Source: Myxococcota bacterium (GTDB lineage Bacteria; Myxococcota_A; UBA9042). From it: a stretch of 64,000 nucleotides of DNA. Location of the stretch: assembly GCA_049317445.1 (NCBI GenBank), contig JBMOIG010000006.1, positions 9,459 through 73,458 of the forward strand, written 5' to 3'. Made by a program: the position numbers and the translations under genes. Shown here one piece after another: positions 56,456 to 64,000 of this stretch (the first letter of the stretch is position 1; the number at the start of each line of letters is the position of its first letter). Below the pieces are notes generated by a model. It was not told where the DNA came from. It ran no database searches and saw only the letters and a program-made list of their open reading frames with translations.

Positions 56456-56868
56456 CGGCCCGCGTCTTGCTCGACACCGGGCCGCTCGTCGCGTTCTTGA
56501 ATGCCCGCGACCAGCACCATGCCTGGGCGGTGGCCGAGCTGGGCAAGGCCGCGCCACCACTGGCGACTTGCGAGGCCGTGCTGTCGGAGGCGTGCTTCCT
56601 GCTTCGCAAGGTGCCGGGAGGACCGGAGAAGGTCCTGGCGCTGCTGGAGCGCGGGCTGCTGGTGTTGCCGTTCCGGTTGGATGCGGAGGCGGCCCGGGTA
56701 ACGGAGCTGATGGCCCGCTACGCCGATGTGCCGATGTCGCTGGCCGACGCGTGCCTCGTGCGGATGCTGGAACTCGATCTCGGCACCGAGGTGATGACGC
56801 TCGACGGCGACTTCAGGGTGTATCGGAAGAATCGGCGACAGGTGGTCAGGGTGCGGATGCCTGGGTGA
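56452..56868 (+). CDS. vapC: PIN-domain ribonuclease toxin (VapC-like)
   Basis: GTG start. Conserved acidic positions in VLLDTGP, LSEACF, MSLADACL and MTLDGDF. 138 aa. Confidence 0.8.
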   Translation: MTARVLLDTGPLVAFLNARDQHHAWAVAELGKAAPPLATCEAVLSEACFLLRKVPGGPEKVLALLERGLLVLPFRLDAEAARVTELMARYADVPMSLADACLVRMLELDLGTEVMTLDGDFRVYRKNRRQVVRVRMPG

Positions 56869-57967
56869 TCGAACCCACCCCAAACACCACCGCCCCGCGC
56901 GGCACCCGCTCCCACGCAAACGCGCGCACCAGCTCGCCCAGCTCCGCCGTATCGGGCAGCCCCAGACTCACCGCCAGCCACCGCCGAAACCGCTCGGCCG
57001 ACACGCCCGACTCGCGCAGACACTGCAGGTGAACAGACCGGTTGCGCTTGGCCAGCCGCCGCCCGTCGTCGCCCAGCACCAGCGGCACGTGAATGTGGCG
57101 CGGCGGGGTCCAGGCCTTCGCTCGGGCGACCAACGCGTCGGCATCCGCGTGCGTGCCGTCGGGCTCGAGCATCGCCAACGCCCGATAGACCGCCAGCTGC
57201 TGCGCCGTGCAATCGAGCAGGTCGTCGCCGCGCACGACCTCGGTCACGCCCATCGCCAGGTCGTCGACCACCACCGCGAACATGTAGGCGAAACCCCTGT
57301 CCTTTCTGCGCACCACCAGGTCGCCCGAGTTGTCGGGCAGCCGCACTTCGCACGGACCGTGCAACAGGTCGTCAAACGCGATCGGCTCGGTCGGCACCCG
57401 CAACCGCAACGCCGCGCCCAGGGGCGCCCTGCCCTCCGCGGCAGCCTTGTGCGTCTCGTGGTCCAAGGCCGCTTGCTCGCTCGCGAACTTTTCCCGACAC
57501 GTGCCCGGATACGGCGTCCCCTTGTCCTCAGCGTGCGGCGCTCGGGCGGCCTGCTCGATGTCCTTGCGCGTACACACGCACGGGTACACCAGGCCGCGGT
57601 CGAGCAATCGCCGCAGCAGCGCGTCGTACAAGTCCGACCGGTCGGATTGCCGCAAGAACCTCTGGCACACCCTGTCGTCCACCCGCCGCTCGGCCGACGG
57701 TCGCCACAAGTCACCCGGCCGCGGCCCGTCCCAGTCCAGCCCCAACCAGTCCAGGTCGCGCAACAAACCGTCCAGGTGTTCCTCGGCGTCGGGCAGCAGA
57801 TCCTCGATCCGCAACAGGATCCGCCCGCCCCGGGCCCGCGCCGACAGCCAGGCCAGCAGCAGACTGCGCGCGTTGCCGGCGTGCAAGACGCCCGTGGGAC
57901 TCGGCGCCAGGCGGCCGATCACGTTGTCGTGTACTTGATGATGGACTGCAGTCGAAACCATCGCCAC
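56846..57967 (-). CDS. gluQ: Glutamyl-Q tRNA(Asp) synthetase
   Basis: GRLAPSPTGVLHAGNARSLLLAW (HIGH-like), LRIEDL, FAVVVDDLAMGVTEVVRGDDLL and RLAKRNRS. Start GTG 57967 or ATG 57961. The 3' end overlaps the vapC 3' end by 23 nt. Confidence 0.8.
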   Translation of the reverse strand: MAMVSTAVHHQVHDNVIGRLAPSPTGVLHAGNARSLLLAWLSARARGGRILLRIEDLLPDAEEHLDGLLRDLDWLGLDWDGPRPGDLWRPSAERRVDDRVCQRFLRQSDRSDLYDALLRRLLDRGLVYPCVCTRKDIEQAARAPHAEDKGTPYPGTCREKFASEQAALDHETHKAAAEGRAPLGAALRLRVPTEPIAFDDLLHGPCEVRLPDNSGDLVVRRKDRGFAYMFAVVVDDLAMGVTEVVRGDDLLDCTAQQLAVYRALAMLEPDGTHADADALVARAKAWTPPRHIHVPLVLGDDGRRLAKRNRSVHLQCLRESGVSAERFRRWLAVSLGLPDTAELGELVRAFAWERVPRGAVVFGVGSITQASAP

Positions 57968-57983
57968 CCAACGCGAATTCGTG

Positions 57984-58436
57984 TCAGTTGGGTGGAGGCG
58001 CTTCCTCTTCGTCGCGCGAGCAAGCCCCGTCGTGCGCAGGCTTGTCGTCGTCGGCGTGCACGTAGCACAGCAGCCGGGGTTCGCCGTCCGGGGTGTCCCA
58101 GACGCGGGCCGTACCGTGGCGGCGACCGTGGACCCACTGAACCTCGCGCACCTTCACGCCATTCTCGCCGTAGTCGATCTCGGTGCCGTGGACGATGCCC
58201 TTCTCGTACGCCCCTTCCGCCAGCTTGTTGCCGTCGGCGTCCCACGTCAGCCAGGGGCCGTCCATCATGCCGTCGCGCACCATCCGCTCGACGCTGACGC
58301 GCCCGTTCGGGTGGTACTGAACCAGCTTGCCGGTCAAGGGCGTGCCGCGCACCCTGGCCTGCCGCCGCAGGGCGAGCTTGTAGACCCACCAGGCGACCAG
58401 CAGGACCAGGGCGACGGTGAAGACGATGCGGATCAT
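57984..58436 (-). CDS. Membrane-anchored MORN-variant (YwqK-like) repeat protein
   Basis: ATG 58436 overlaps the upstream stop (ATGA). N-terminal TM MIRIVFTVALVLLVAWWVYKL. Repeats GKLVQYHPNGRVSVERMVRDGMMDGPWLTWDADGNKLAEGAYEKGIVHGTEIDYGENG...VHGRRHGTARVWD. Confidence 0.65.
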   Translation of the reverse strand: MIRIVFTVALVLLVAWWVYKLALRRQARVRGTPLTGKLVQYHPNGRVSVERMVRDGMMDGPWLTWDADGNKLAEGAYEKGIVHGTEIDYGENGVKVREVQWVHGRRHGTARVWDTPDGEPRLLCYVHADDDKPAHDGACSRDEEEAPPPN

Positions 58437-59791
58437 CCCTCGAACGCCTCGTCGGTGATGTCCAGGCCGCGATCGATGATCTCGAAGCCTTCCTTCAACT
58501 GCGCTTCCGTGATGCAAATCGGCGGGTTGCAGGTGAAGTTGGCCCACCGCACGAAGGTGAACAGGCCGTTGTCGCGGAAGAACGCGGTCAGCTTGGTCAT
58601 GGCCGGGTGCGAGCCGTTGTACGGCGCGATCAGGTCGCCCTTGCTGTTCTTGCGGACGTCGACCATGCCGAACAGACCGATGCAGCGGCCGTCGCCGAAC
58701 GACGGGTGCTTGGCTTGCAGCCGATCCATCTCGGACCGCATGACCTTTCCCATCTTCGCGGCGTTCTCGATCATGCCCTCTTCCATCATCACGCGGATGA
58801 CGGCCTCGGCAGTCGCCATGCCCACCGGGTGCGAGTTGTAGGTCAGGCCGCCCGGGTAGTTGTTCTTGTGGAAGTAGTCGGAGATCGCGGGATTCACGCC
58901 GACAGCGCCCAGCGGGAAGTACGAGCTGGTCAGGCCCTTCGCCATTGTCACCATGTCCGGGATGATGCCGAAGTGTTCGTACGCCATCATCTTGCCGGTG
59001 CGGCCCATGCCGGCCATGACTTCGTCGCAGATCAGCAGGATGCCGTACTTGGTCAGCAGCTTGCGCAGACCCTGGAACCAGTTGGCGGGCGGGACCAGCA
59101 GGCCGTTGGTGCCCGTGACCGTCTCGACGATCATGGCGGCGATGTTGTTCGGGCCCTCGTACTGGATCATCTCTTCCAGGTAGATCAGGTTCTGCTCAGC
59201 CTTCTCTTCCGGCGTGCTGCCGAACGAGTAGGTGTAGGGCTGGGGATCCATGACGCGGATGATGCCGGGCGAGCCGGGCTCAGCCGACCAGCGGCGGGGG
59301 TCGCCCGTCAGCTGCAGTGTCAGGTTGGTGCCGCCGTGGTACGCGCGGTAGCGACTGAGGATCTTCTGCCGACCGGTGAACAGGCGCGCCATGCGGATCG
59401 CGTTCTCGTTCGACTCGGCGCCGCCCAGGGTGAAGAAGAAGCTCTCCATGCCCGGCACGACCTCGTGCATCAGCTTGGCCAGACGCGCGCGCGCGGCCGT
59501 GGCGGTCTGCGGGTAGACGAAGATCAGCTGGTCCAGCTGGTCCTTCATGGCCTGAATGACGCGCGGGTGACCGTGGCCGATCAGCACGCTCATCAGCTGG
59601 CTGTTGAAGTCCAGAATGCGCTTTCCATCCGGCGTGTAGAGGTAGACGCCCTCAGCGCGTTCGACGGGCAGCGGCGAGACCTGATCGGTGGCCGACCACG
59701 TGTACAGCGTGTGCTTCTTGCAGATGTCGATCATCTCTTCGGAAGACATCTTCACGTTGGAGATGGGAGAGCCGGTGAGAGTGGAACCCAT
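58433..59791 (-). CDS. Class-III PLP aminotransferase (likely beta-alanine/beta-aminoisobutyrate transaminase by context)
   Basis: ATG 59791 with GAGGA upstream. DFNSQLMSVLIGHGHP, LLICDEVMAGMGRTG and the Schiff-base Lys in VTMAKGLTS. Confidence 0.85.
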   Translation of the reverse strand: MGSTLTGSPISNVKMSSEEMIDICKKHTLYTWSATDQVSPLPVERAEGVYLYTPDGKRILDFNSQLMSVLIGHGHPRVIQAMKDQLDQLIFVYPQTATAARARLAKLMHEVVPGMESFFFTLGGAESNENAIRMARLFTGRQKILSRYRAYHGGTNLTLQLTGDPRRWSAEPGSPGIIRVMDPQPYTYSFGSTPEEKAEQNLIYLEEMIQYEGPNNIAAMIVETVTGTNGLLVPPANWFQGLRKLLTKYGILLICDEVMAGMGRTGKMMAYEHFGIIPDMVTMAKGLTSSYFPLGAVGVNPAISDYFHKNNYPGGLTYNSHPVGMATAEAVIRVMMEEGMIENAAKMGKVMRSEMDRLQAKHPSFGDGRCIGLFGMVDVRKNSKGDLIAPYNGSHPAMTKLTAFFRDNGLFTFVRWANFTCNPPICITEAQLKEGFEIIDRGLDITDEAFEG

Positions 59792-59900
59792 GGGATCCTC
59801 GCTGGGGACTGGGGGGAAGGGGCGATGCAAGCGGCACGGCCCGGGCGCCTCGCAGAGGGAGGTCACCCGGGCCGCACCGCGCTTCAGAACCTGCGGTGAG

Positions 59901-61451
59901 CTAGGACATCCAGGTGGAGTCGCTCTGCAGCGCCCACTTCTCAGTCGTCTTCTTGGCACGCGTCCAGAACAGGAAGCCGCCCCAGCCGGTGATGTCGCCG
60001 TGACCGAAGCCGCTGTCCTTCCAGCCGCCGAACGCGAAGGGCTCGCGCGGGACGGGGACGCCGACGTTGACGCCCATCATGCCCACATCCAGCCGCTCGA
60101 CCGCGTAACGCGCCGTGCCGCCGTTCTGGGTGAAGATCGAGCCACCGTTGCCGTACGGGACCGCGTTGGCGATGGCCAGGGCCTCGTCGAGCGTCGCCGC
60201 GTGGACGATTGACAGGACTGGCCCGAAGATCTCTTCGCAAGACGCGGGCATCGCCGTGGTCACGTTGTCGAGGATGGTCGGGCCGACCCAGTTGCCGCCC
60301 TCGGCGCCGTCGACCGTCTGGTTGCGGCCGTCGATCAGCACCTTGGCGCCCGCCTTCTCTGCGGCGTCGATGTGACCGACGATGCGCTTCTTGTCCTCGG
60401 CGGTGATGATCGGGCCCATGTCCTTGCCCAGCTTGATCTTCTTCGCGATCTCGACCATGCGGTCGATGATGTGCTGGACGTCGCCCACCGCGACCATGAC
60501 CGTTGCCGCCATGCAGCGCTGGCCCGCGCAACCGTAGGCCGAGGCCACAGCCGTCGTCGCCGTCAGCTCAAGGTCGGCGTCCGGCACCACGATCATGTGG
60601 TTCTTGGCGCTGCCCAGGCACAGCATCCGCTTGCCCAGGGTCGAGCCGCGGCCGTACAGCATCTTGGCGACGGGCGTCGAGCCGACGAAGCCCACGGCCT
60701 TGATGTCGTCGTGATCGGCGATGCCCGAGACGATGTCGCGGCGGCCGTAGACCACGTTGAACACGCCGTCGGGCAGGCCAGCTTCCTTCAGCGCGGCGGC
60801 GATCCGCATGGCGCCGTAGGGCACGTACGAAGCGGGCTTGAGCACGAAGGAATTGCCCGCCATCAGGGCGTTGGGGATCATCCAGAGCGGGACCATGATG
60901 GGGAAGTTGAACGGCGCGATGCCGGCCACGACGCCGAGGGCCTCTTGCTGGACCCGGCAGCTGATGCCGCGGCTGACGTCGAGCTGACCACCCGCCTGGG
61001 CGTTGGCGATGTTCGGCAGGGAGATCGCGTACTCGCAGACCTCCAGACCCTTGTCGATGTCGCCGAAGGCCTCAGGGTAGGTCTTGCCATTCTCGGCGGA
61101 CAGAAGCCAGCAGAGCTCCTCGATGTCCCGCTCCATGATCTGCTTGAAGCGGTTGAGGATGTCGGCCTTCTCCTTCATCGGAACGGTCTTCCACTTGGGC
61201 TGCGCGGCCTTGGCCACCGCCACCGCCTCGTCGAGGTCGGCCGTGCTGGACACGACCACCTTGCCGAAGTTCTTGCCGTAGCGCGGGTTCTCGACGTCCA
61301 TCACCTGACCGGTGACCGAGTCCTTGAACTGGCCGTTGATGAAGTTGCGGGCCGTTGTGTACTCGGCGAACGCGTAATCGCGGCCGGTATAGCGGGGAAC
61401 GGTGCCGTTGGACTGCGTCTGACCCGAAAGGCCGACCGACTGGACTACCAT
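59901..61451 (-). CDS. mmsA: CoA-acylating methylmalonate/malonate-semialdehyde dehydrogenase
   Basis: ATG 61451 with GGAGGA upstream. FVGSTPVAKMLY, LGSAKNHMIV and the catalytic Cys in AGQRCMA. Confidence 0.9.
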   Translation of the reverse strand: MVVQSVGLSGQTQSNGTVPRYTGRDYAFAEYTTARNFINGQFKDSVTGQVMDVENPRYGKNFGKVVVSSTADLDEAVAVAKAAQPKWKTVPMKEKADILNRFKQIMERDIEELCWLLSAENGKTYPEAFGDIDKGLEVCEYAISLPNIANAQAGGQLDVSRGISCRVQQEALGVVAGIAPFNFPIMVPLWMIPNALMAGNSFVLKPASYVPYGAMRIAAALKEAGLPDGVFNVVYGRRDIVSGIADHDDIKAVGFVGSTPVAKMLYGRGSTLGKRMLCLGSAKNHMIVVPDADLELTATTAVASAYGCAGQRCMAATVMVAVGDVQHIIDRMVEIAKKIKLGKDMGPIITAEDKKRIVGHIDAAEKAGAKVLIDGRNQTVDGAEGGNWVGPTILDNVTTAMPASCEEIFGPVLSIVHAATLDEALAIANAVPYGNGGSIFTQNGGTARYAVERLDVGMMGVNVGVPVPREPFAFGGWKDSGFGHGDITGWGGFLFWTRAKKTTEKWALQSDSTWMS

Positions 61452-61639
61452 GACTATCCTCCGAAGGAGCGCCGGGCTTGGGGAGCCGGGCGAGTGTGGC
61501 CCGCTCGATGCCGGCGAGGGGTGGCCGGCGGCAGGCGAGCGCGTATTGAACACCTCTACGGCGCCGGTGTCACGCATTCCCGACCGACGACGCGGCACTG
61601 TCTCGCTTTGGGACGCCTCGCCCAGCTTCCCGCCGGGGT

Positions 61640-63049
61640 TCAGGTCCGCCGCAGGTAACGGCCAGCGCCGCGCTCAACCCGCAGGTCGCCGTCATGGAAC
61701 TGCACGCGGCCGTTGACGATCGTGGTCGTGACCCTGCCCTTGATCTCGAAGCCTTCGAAGATGTTGCGGTCGACGTTGTGCCGGTGCGTCTTGGCCGACA
61801 CGCGATAGCTGCCCGTCGGGTCGTAGATCACGAGATCGGCGTCGGCGCCCACGGTGATCGCCCCCTTGCGCGGATGGATGCCGAACAGCTTGGCGGGGCG
61901 GGTGCAGCACACGTCTACGAACTGCTCGAGCGTGATCCGGCCCGACGCCACCCCGTACGTGTACATCAGCGCCATGCGGTTCTCGATGCCCGCGGCGCCG
62001 TTGGGGATCTTGGTGAAGTCGTGCAAACCCTTGATCTTCTGGGTCTCTTGCATGAAGGGGCAGTGGTCGGTGGCCACGACGTCGACCTGGCCGGCGCGCA
62101 ACGCGTTCCACAGGTACTCCTGGTGACCGTGCGGGCGGATCGGCGGACTCATCACATACGCCGCGCCCTCGAAATCCGGCTTGTCGTACACGCTGTCGTC
62201 GAGCAGCAGGTATTGCGGGCAGGTCTCGACGTGCACGATCTGGCCCTCGCTGCGGGCGCGCGTGACGGCGTCCATCGACTCGCGACACGTCAGGTGCACG
62301 ATGTAGACGGGGGGCGCGTCGGCGGCGGTGGCGTCGTGGCCGTTGCGGGCGGTGCCGGTGGCGCGGGCCAGCGCAATCACCCGGTTCGTCGCCTCGCCCT
62401 CCAGAAAGCTGGGGCGGCTGTGCGCGTGGTACTTCGGCTCGGTCTTTCCTTGTGCGATCAGACGCTTTTGCAGGGCCACGACCGCATCGCCGTGCTCGCA
62501 GTGCGACGTGACCAGCGCGCCCAGGTCGTGGGCCGCATCCAGCACGCCCACCAGCTCGACGTCGTCCACGCCGATGGCACCGCGGTAGGCCATGAAGATC
62601 TTGAAGGATTGGATGCCGTCCTCGCGGAACACCCGCCCCATGTCGCGCTTGACCGAGTCGTCGAACCACGTCACCGCCATGTGCAGCCCGTAGTCCGCGA
62701 CGGCCTTGGACGCCTTGGCCAGCGTCTGGTCGCGGGCGTCGAGCAAGCTCTGGTTTCGATTGGGGATGATGAAGTCGATGATGGTGGTGGTGCCGCCCGC
62801 CACGCCCGCCGCCGTGCCCGTGTAGAAGTCGTCCGAGCTGACGCCGCCCATGAACGGCAGCTCCATATGCACGTGCGGGTCGACGCCGCCGGGGAACACG
62901 AACTGGCCCGATGCGTCGATCACCTCGCTGCCCATCGGCGCTTGCAACGCCTTGCCGACCGCGCGGATGACGCCGTCTTTGCTGTAGACGTCCCCGACGA
63001 AGTGCTCGCTGGCGGTGACGATGGTGCCGTTCTTGATCAGGATGCCCAT
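61640..63049 (-). CDS. Dihydropyrimidinase (D-hydantoinase)
   Basis: MGILIKNGTIV... Metal ligands GGVDPHVHMELPF, carboxylated-Lys context SFKIFMAY, TSHCEHGD and VATDHCPF. Confidence 0.9.
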   Translation of the reverse strand: MGILIKNGTIVTASEHFVGDVYSKDGVIRAVGKALQAPMGSEVIDASGQFVFPGGVDPHVHMELPFMGGVSSDDFYTGTAAGVAGGTTTIIDFIIPNRNQSLLDARDQTLAKASKAVADYGLHMAVTWFDDSVKRDMGRVFREDGIQSFKIFMAYRGAIGVDDVELVGVLDAAHDLGALVTSHCEHGDAVVALQKRLIAQGKTEPKYHAHSRPSFLEGEATNRVIALARATGTARNGHDATAADAPPVYIVHLTCRESMDAVTRARSEGQIVHVETCPQYLLLDDSVYDKPDFEGAAYVMSPPIRPHGHQEYLWNALRAGQVDVVATDHCPFMQETQKIKGLHDFTKIPNGAAGIENRMALMYTYGVASGRITLEQFVDVCCTRPAKLFGIHPRKGAITVGADADLVIYDPTGSYRVSAKTHRHNVDRNIFEGFEIKGRVTTTIVNGRVQFHDGDLRVERGAGRYLRRT

Positions 63050-63158
63050 GGATTTCCTTGGCGGGTGAAAGGGTTACAGGGGGCGACGGGACCGGATCCG
63101 GCGGCGGATGGGGTTCCTGGGTTCGGTTCGATGCGGTGCGGGTGCAGGGCCGGGCCAG

Positions 63159-64000
63159 CTACATCGTGACCAGCTCGTCGTACGCGTCCGGACGGCGGTC
63201 GCGGTAGAACTGCCAGGTCTGGCGGACCTCGTCGATCATCTTCAGGTCCAGGTCGGTGACCACCAGCTCGTCCTTGTCCGTCGAGGCCTCTGCGATGATC
63301 TGGCCGCGCGGATTGACGAAGTAGGACTGGCCGTAGAAGCGCCCGATGTTCCAGGGGGCCTCGGTGCCGACGCGGTTGATGGCGCCGACGTAATAGCCGT
63401 TGGCCACCGCGTGGGCGGGCTGCTCGAGCTTCCACAGGTACTGCGACAAGCCCTCGACGGTGGCCGACGGGTTGAAGACGATCTCGGCGCCGTTCAAGCC
63501 AAGGCAGCGCGCGCCCTCGGGAAAGTGGCGGTCGTAGCAGATGTACACGCCGATGGTGGCATAGCGCGTCTGGAACACCGGATAGCCGCCGTCGCCGGGC
63601 TTGAAGAAGTACTTCTCCCAGAAGCCGGCCGTCTGCGGGATGTGCTGCTTGCGGTACTTGCCCAGGTACGAGCCGTCGGCGTCGATCACGGCCGCCGTGT
63701 TGTAGTACACGCCGCGCATGTGCTCTTCGTAGACGGGCACGATGAGGACCATCTCGTACTTCTTCGCGTACTCCGCCAGCGCGTTCGTCGTCGGTCCGGG
63801 CACGTGTTCGGCCGCGCCATACCAGCGCTTGTCCTGGCTGGGACAGAAGTACGGGCCGTTGAAGATCTCTTGAAGGCAAAGGATCTGCACCCCGCGACGC
63901 CCCGCCTCTTCGATGAAGGGGATGTGCTTTTCGAACATGGCCTTCTGGATGTCGGCAACCGGCACGGTCTCGTCGTTGATGGGGTTGCTGCACTGGATCA
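63159..64000 (-). CDS. Beta-ureidopropionase (N-carbamoyl-beta-alanine amidohydrolase, CN-hydrolase); 5' end outside the window
   Basis: Triad contexts ILCLQEIF, GKYRKQHIP and VYICYDRHFPE. The frame stays open upstream of GTG 63965 to the window edge (...IQCSNPINDET-VPVADIQ), so the true N-terminus is probably beyond 64000. Confidence 0.85.
   Translation of the reverse strand, partial: IQCSNPINDETVPVADIQKAMFEKHIPFIEEAGRRGVQILCLQEIFNGPYFCPSQDKRWYGAAEHVPGPTTNALAEYAKKYEMVLIVPVYEEHMRGVYYNTAAVIDADGSYLGKYRKQHIPQTAGFWEKYFFKPGDGGYPVFQTRYATIGVYICYDRHFPEGARCLGLNGAEIVFNPSATVEGLSQYLWKLEQPAHAVANGYYVGAINRVGTEAPWNIGRFYGQSYFVNPRGQIIAEASTDKDELVVTDLDLKMIDEVRQTWQFYRDRRPDAYDELVTM

Overview
High-GC (by eye about two-thirds G+C), densely coding bacterial chromosomal window. 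I support about 52 CDS. I found no rRNA, tRNA, CRISPR array, transposase or integrase. Lineage signals point to Myxococcota: one MYXO-CTERM-type sorting tail, eukaryote-like Ser/Thr kinases, Cys-rich extracellular modules, and many lipoproteins with acidic D/T/A/V tethers after the lipobox. Recognisable housekeeping and metabolic genes are ldcA, an MsbA-like ABC exporter, aguA/aguB, nadA, nadE, glk, ung, hemH, a long putA, aat, apbE, ppx/gppA-family, malQ, ggt, an acyl-CoA dehydrogenase and gluQ. A complete reductive pyrimidine-degradation pathway is present but split in two: preTA lies at 27.7-30.3 kb, and the dihydropyrimidinase, beta-ureidopropionase, aminotransferase and mmsA genes lie at 58.4-64 kb. 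One vapBC-type toxin-antitoxin pair is present. I cannot name a proven new system from sequence alone. The best candidates for something undescribed are: (1) a same-strand cluster of lipoprotein, Aat, B12-radical-SAM, Zn-ribbon membrane protein and ApbE at 37.8-42.8 kb; (2) an orphan, self-terminated contractile-injection tail-tube (gp19-like) gene at 43.0-43.4 kb; (3) a tightly packed envelope operon of two lipoproteins plus a large 11-12-TM protein at 48.3-52.2 kb; (4) tandem paralogous Ser/Thr kinases whose periplasmic Cache-like domains carry a DxNxDG calcium-loop-like insert; (5) several unusual Cys-rich or solenoid surface proteins. Most long ORFs in the six-frame track that lie opposite recognised genes are high-GC shadow ORFs and were rejected. 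All family calls rest on motif recognition by eye, with no database search.
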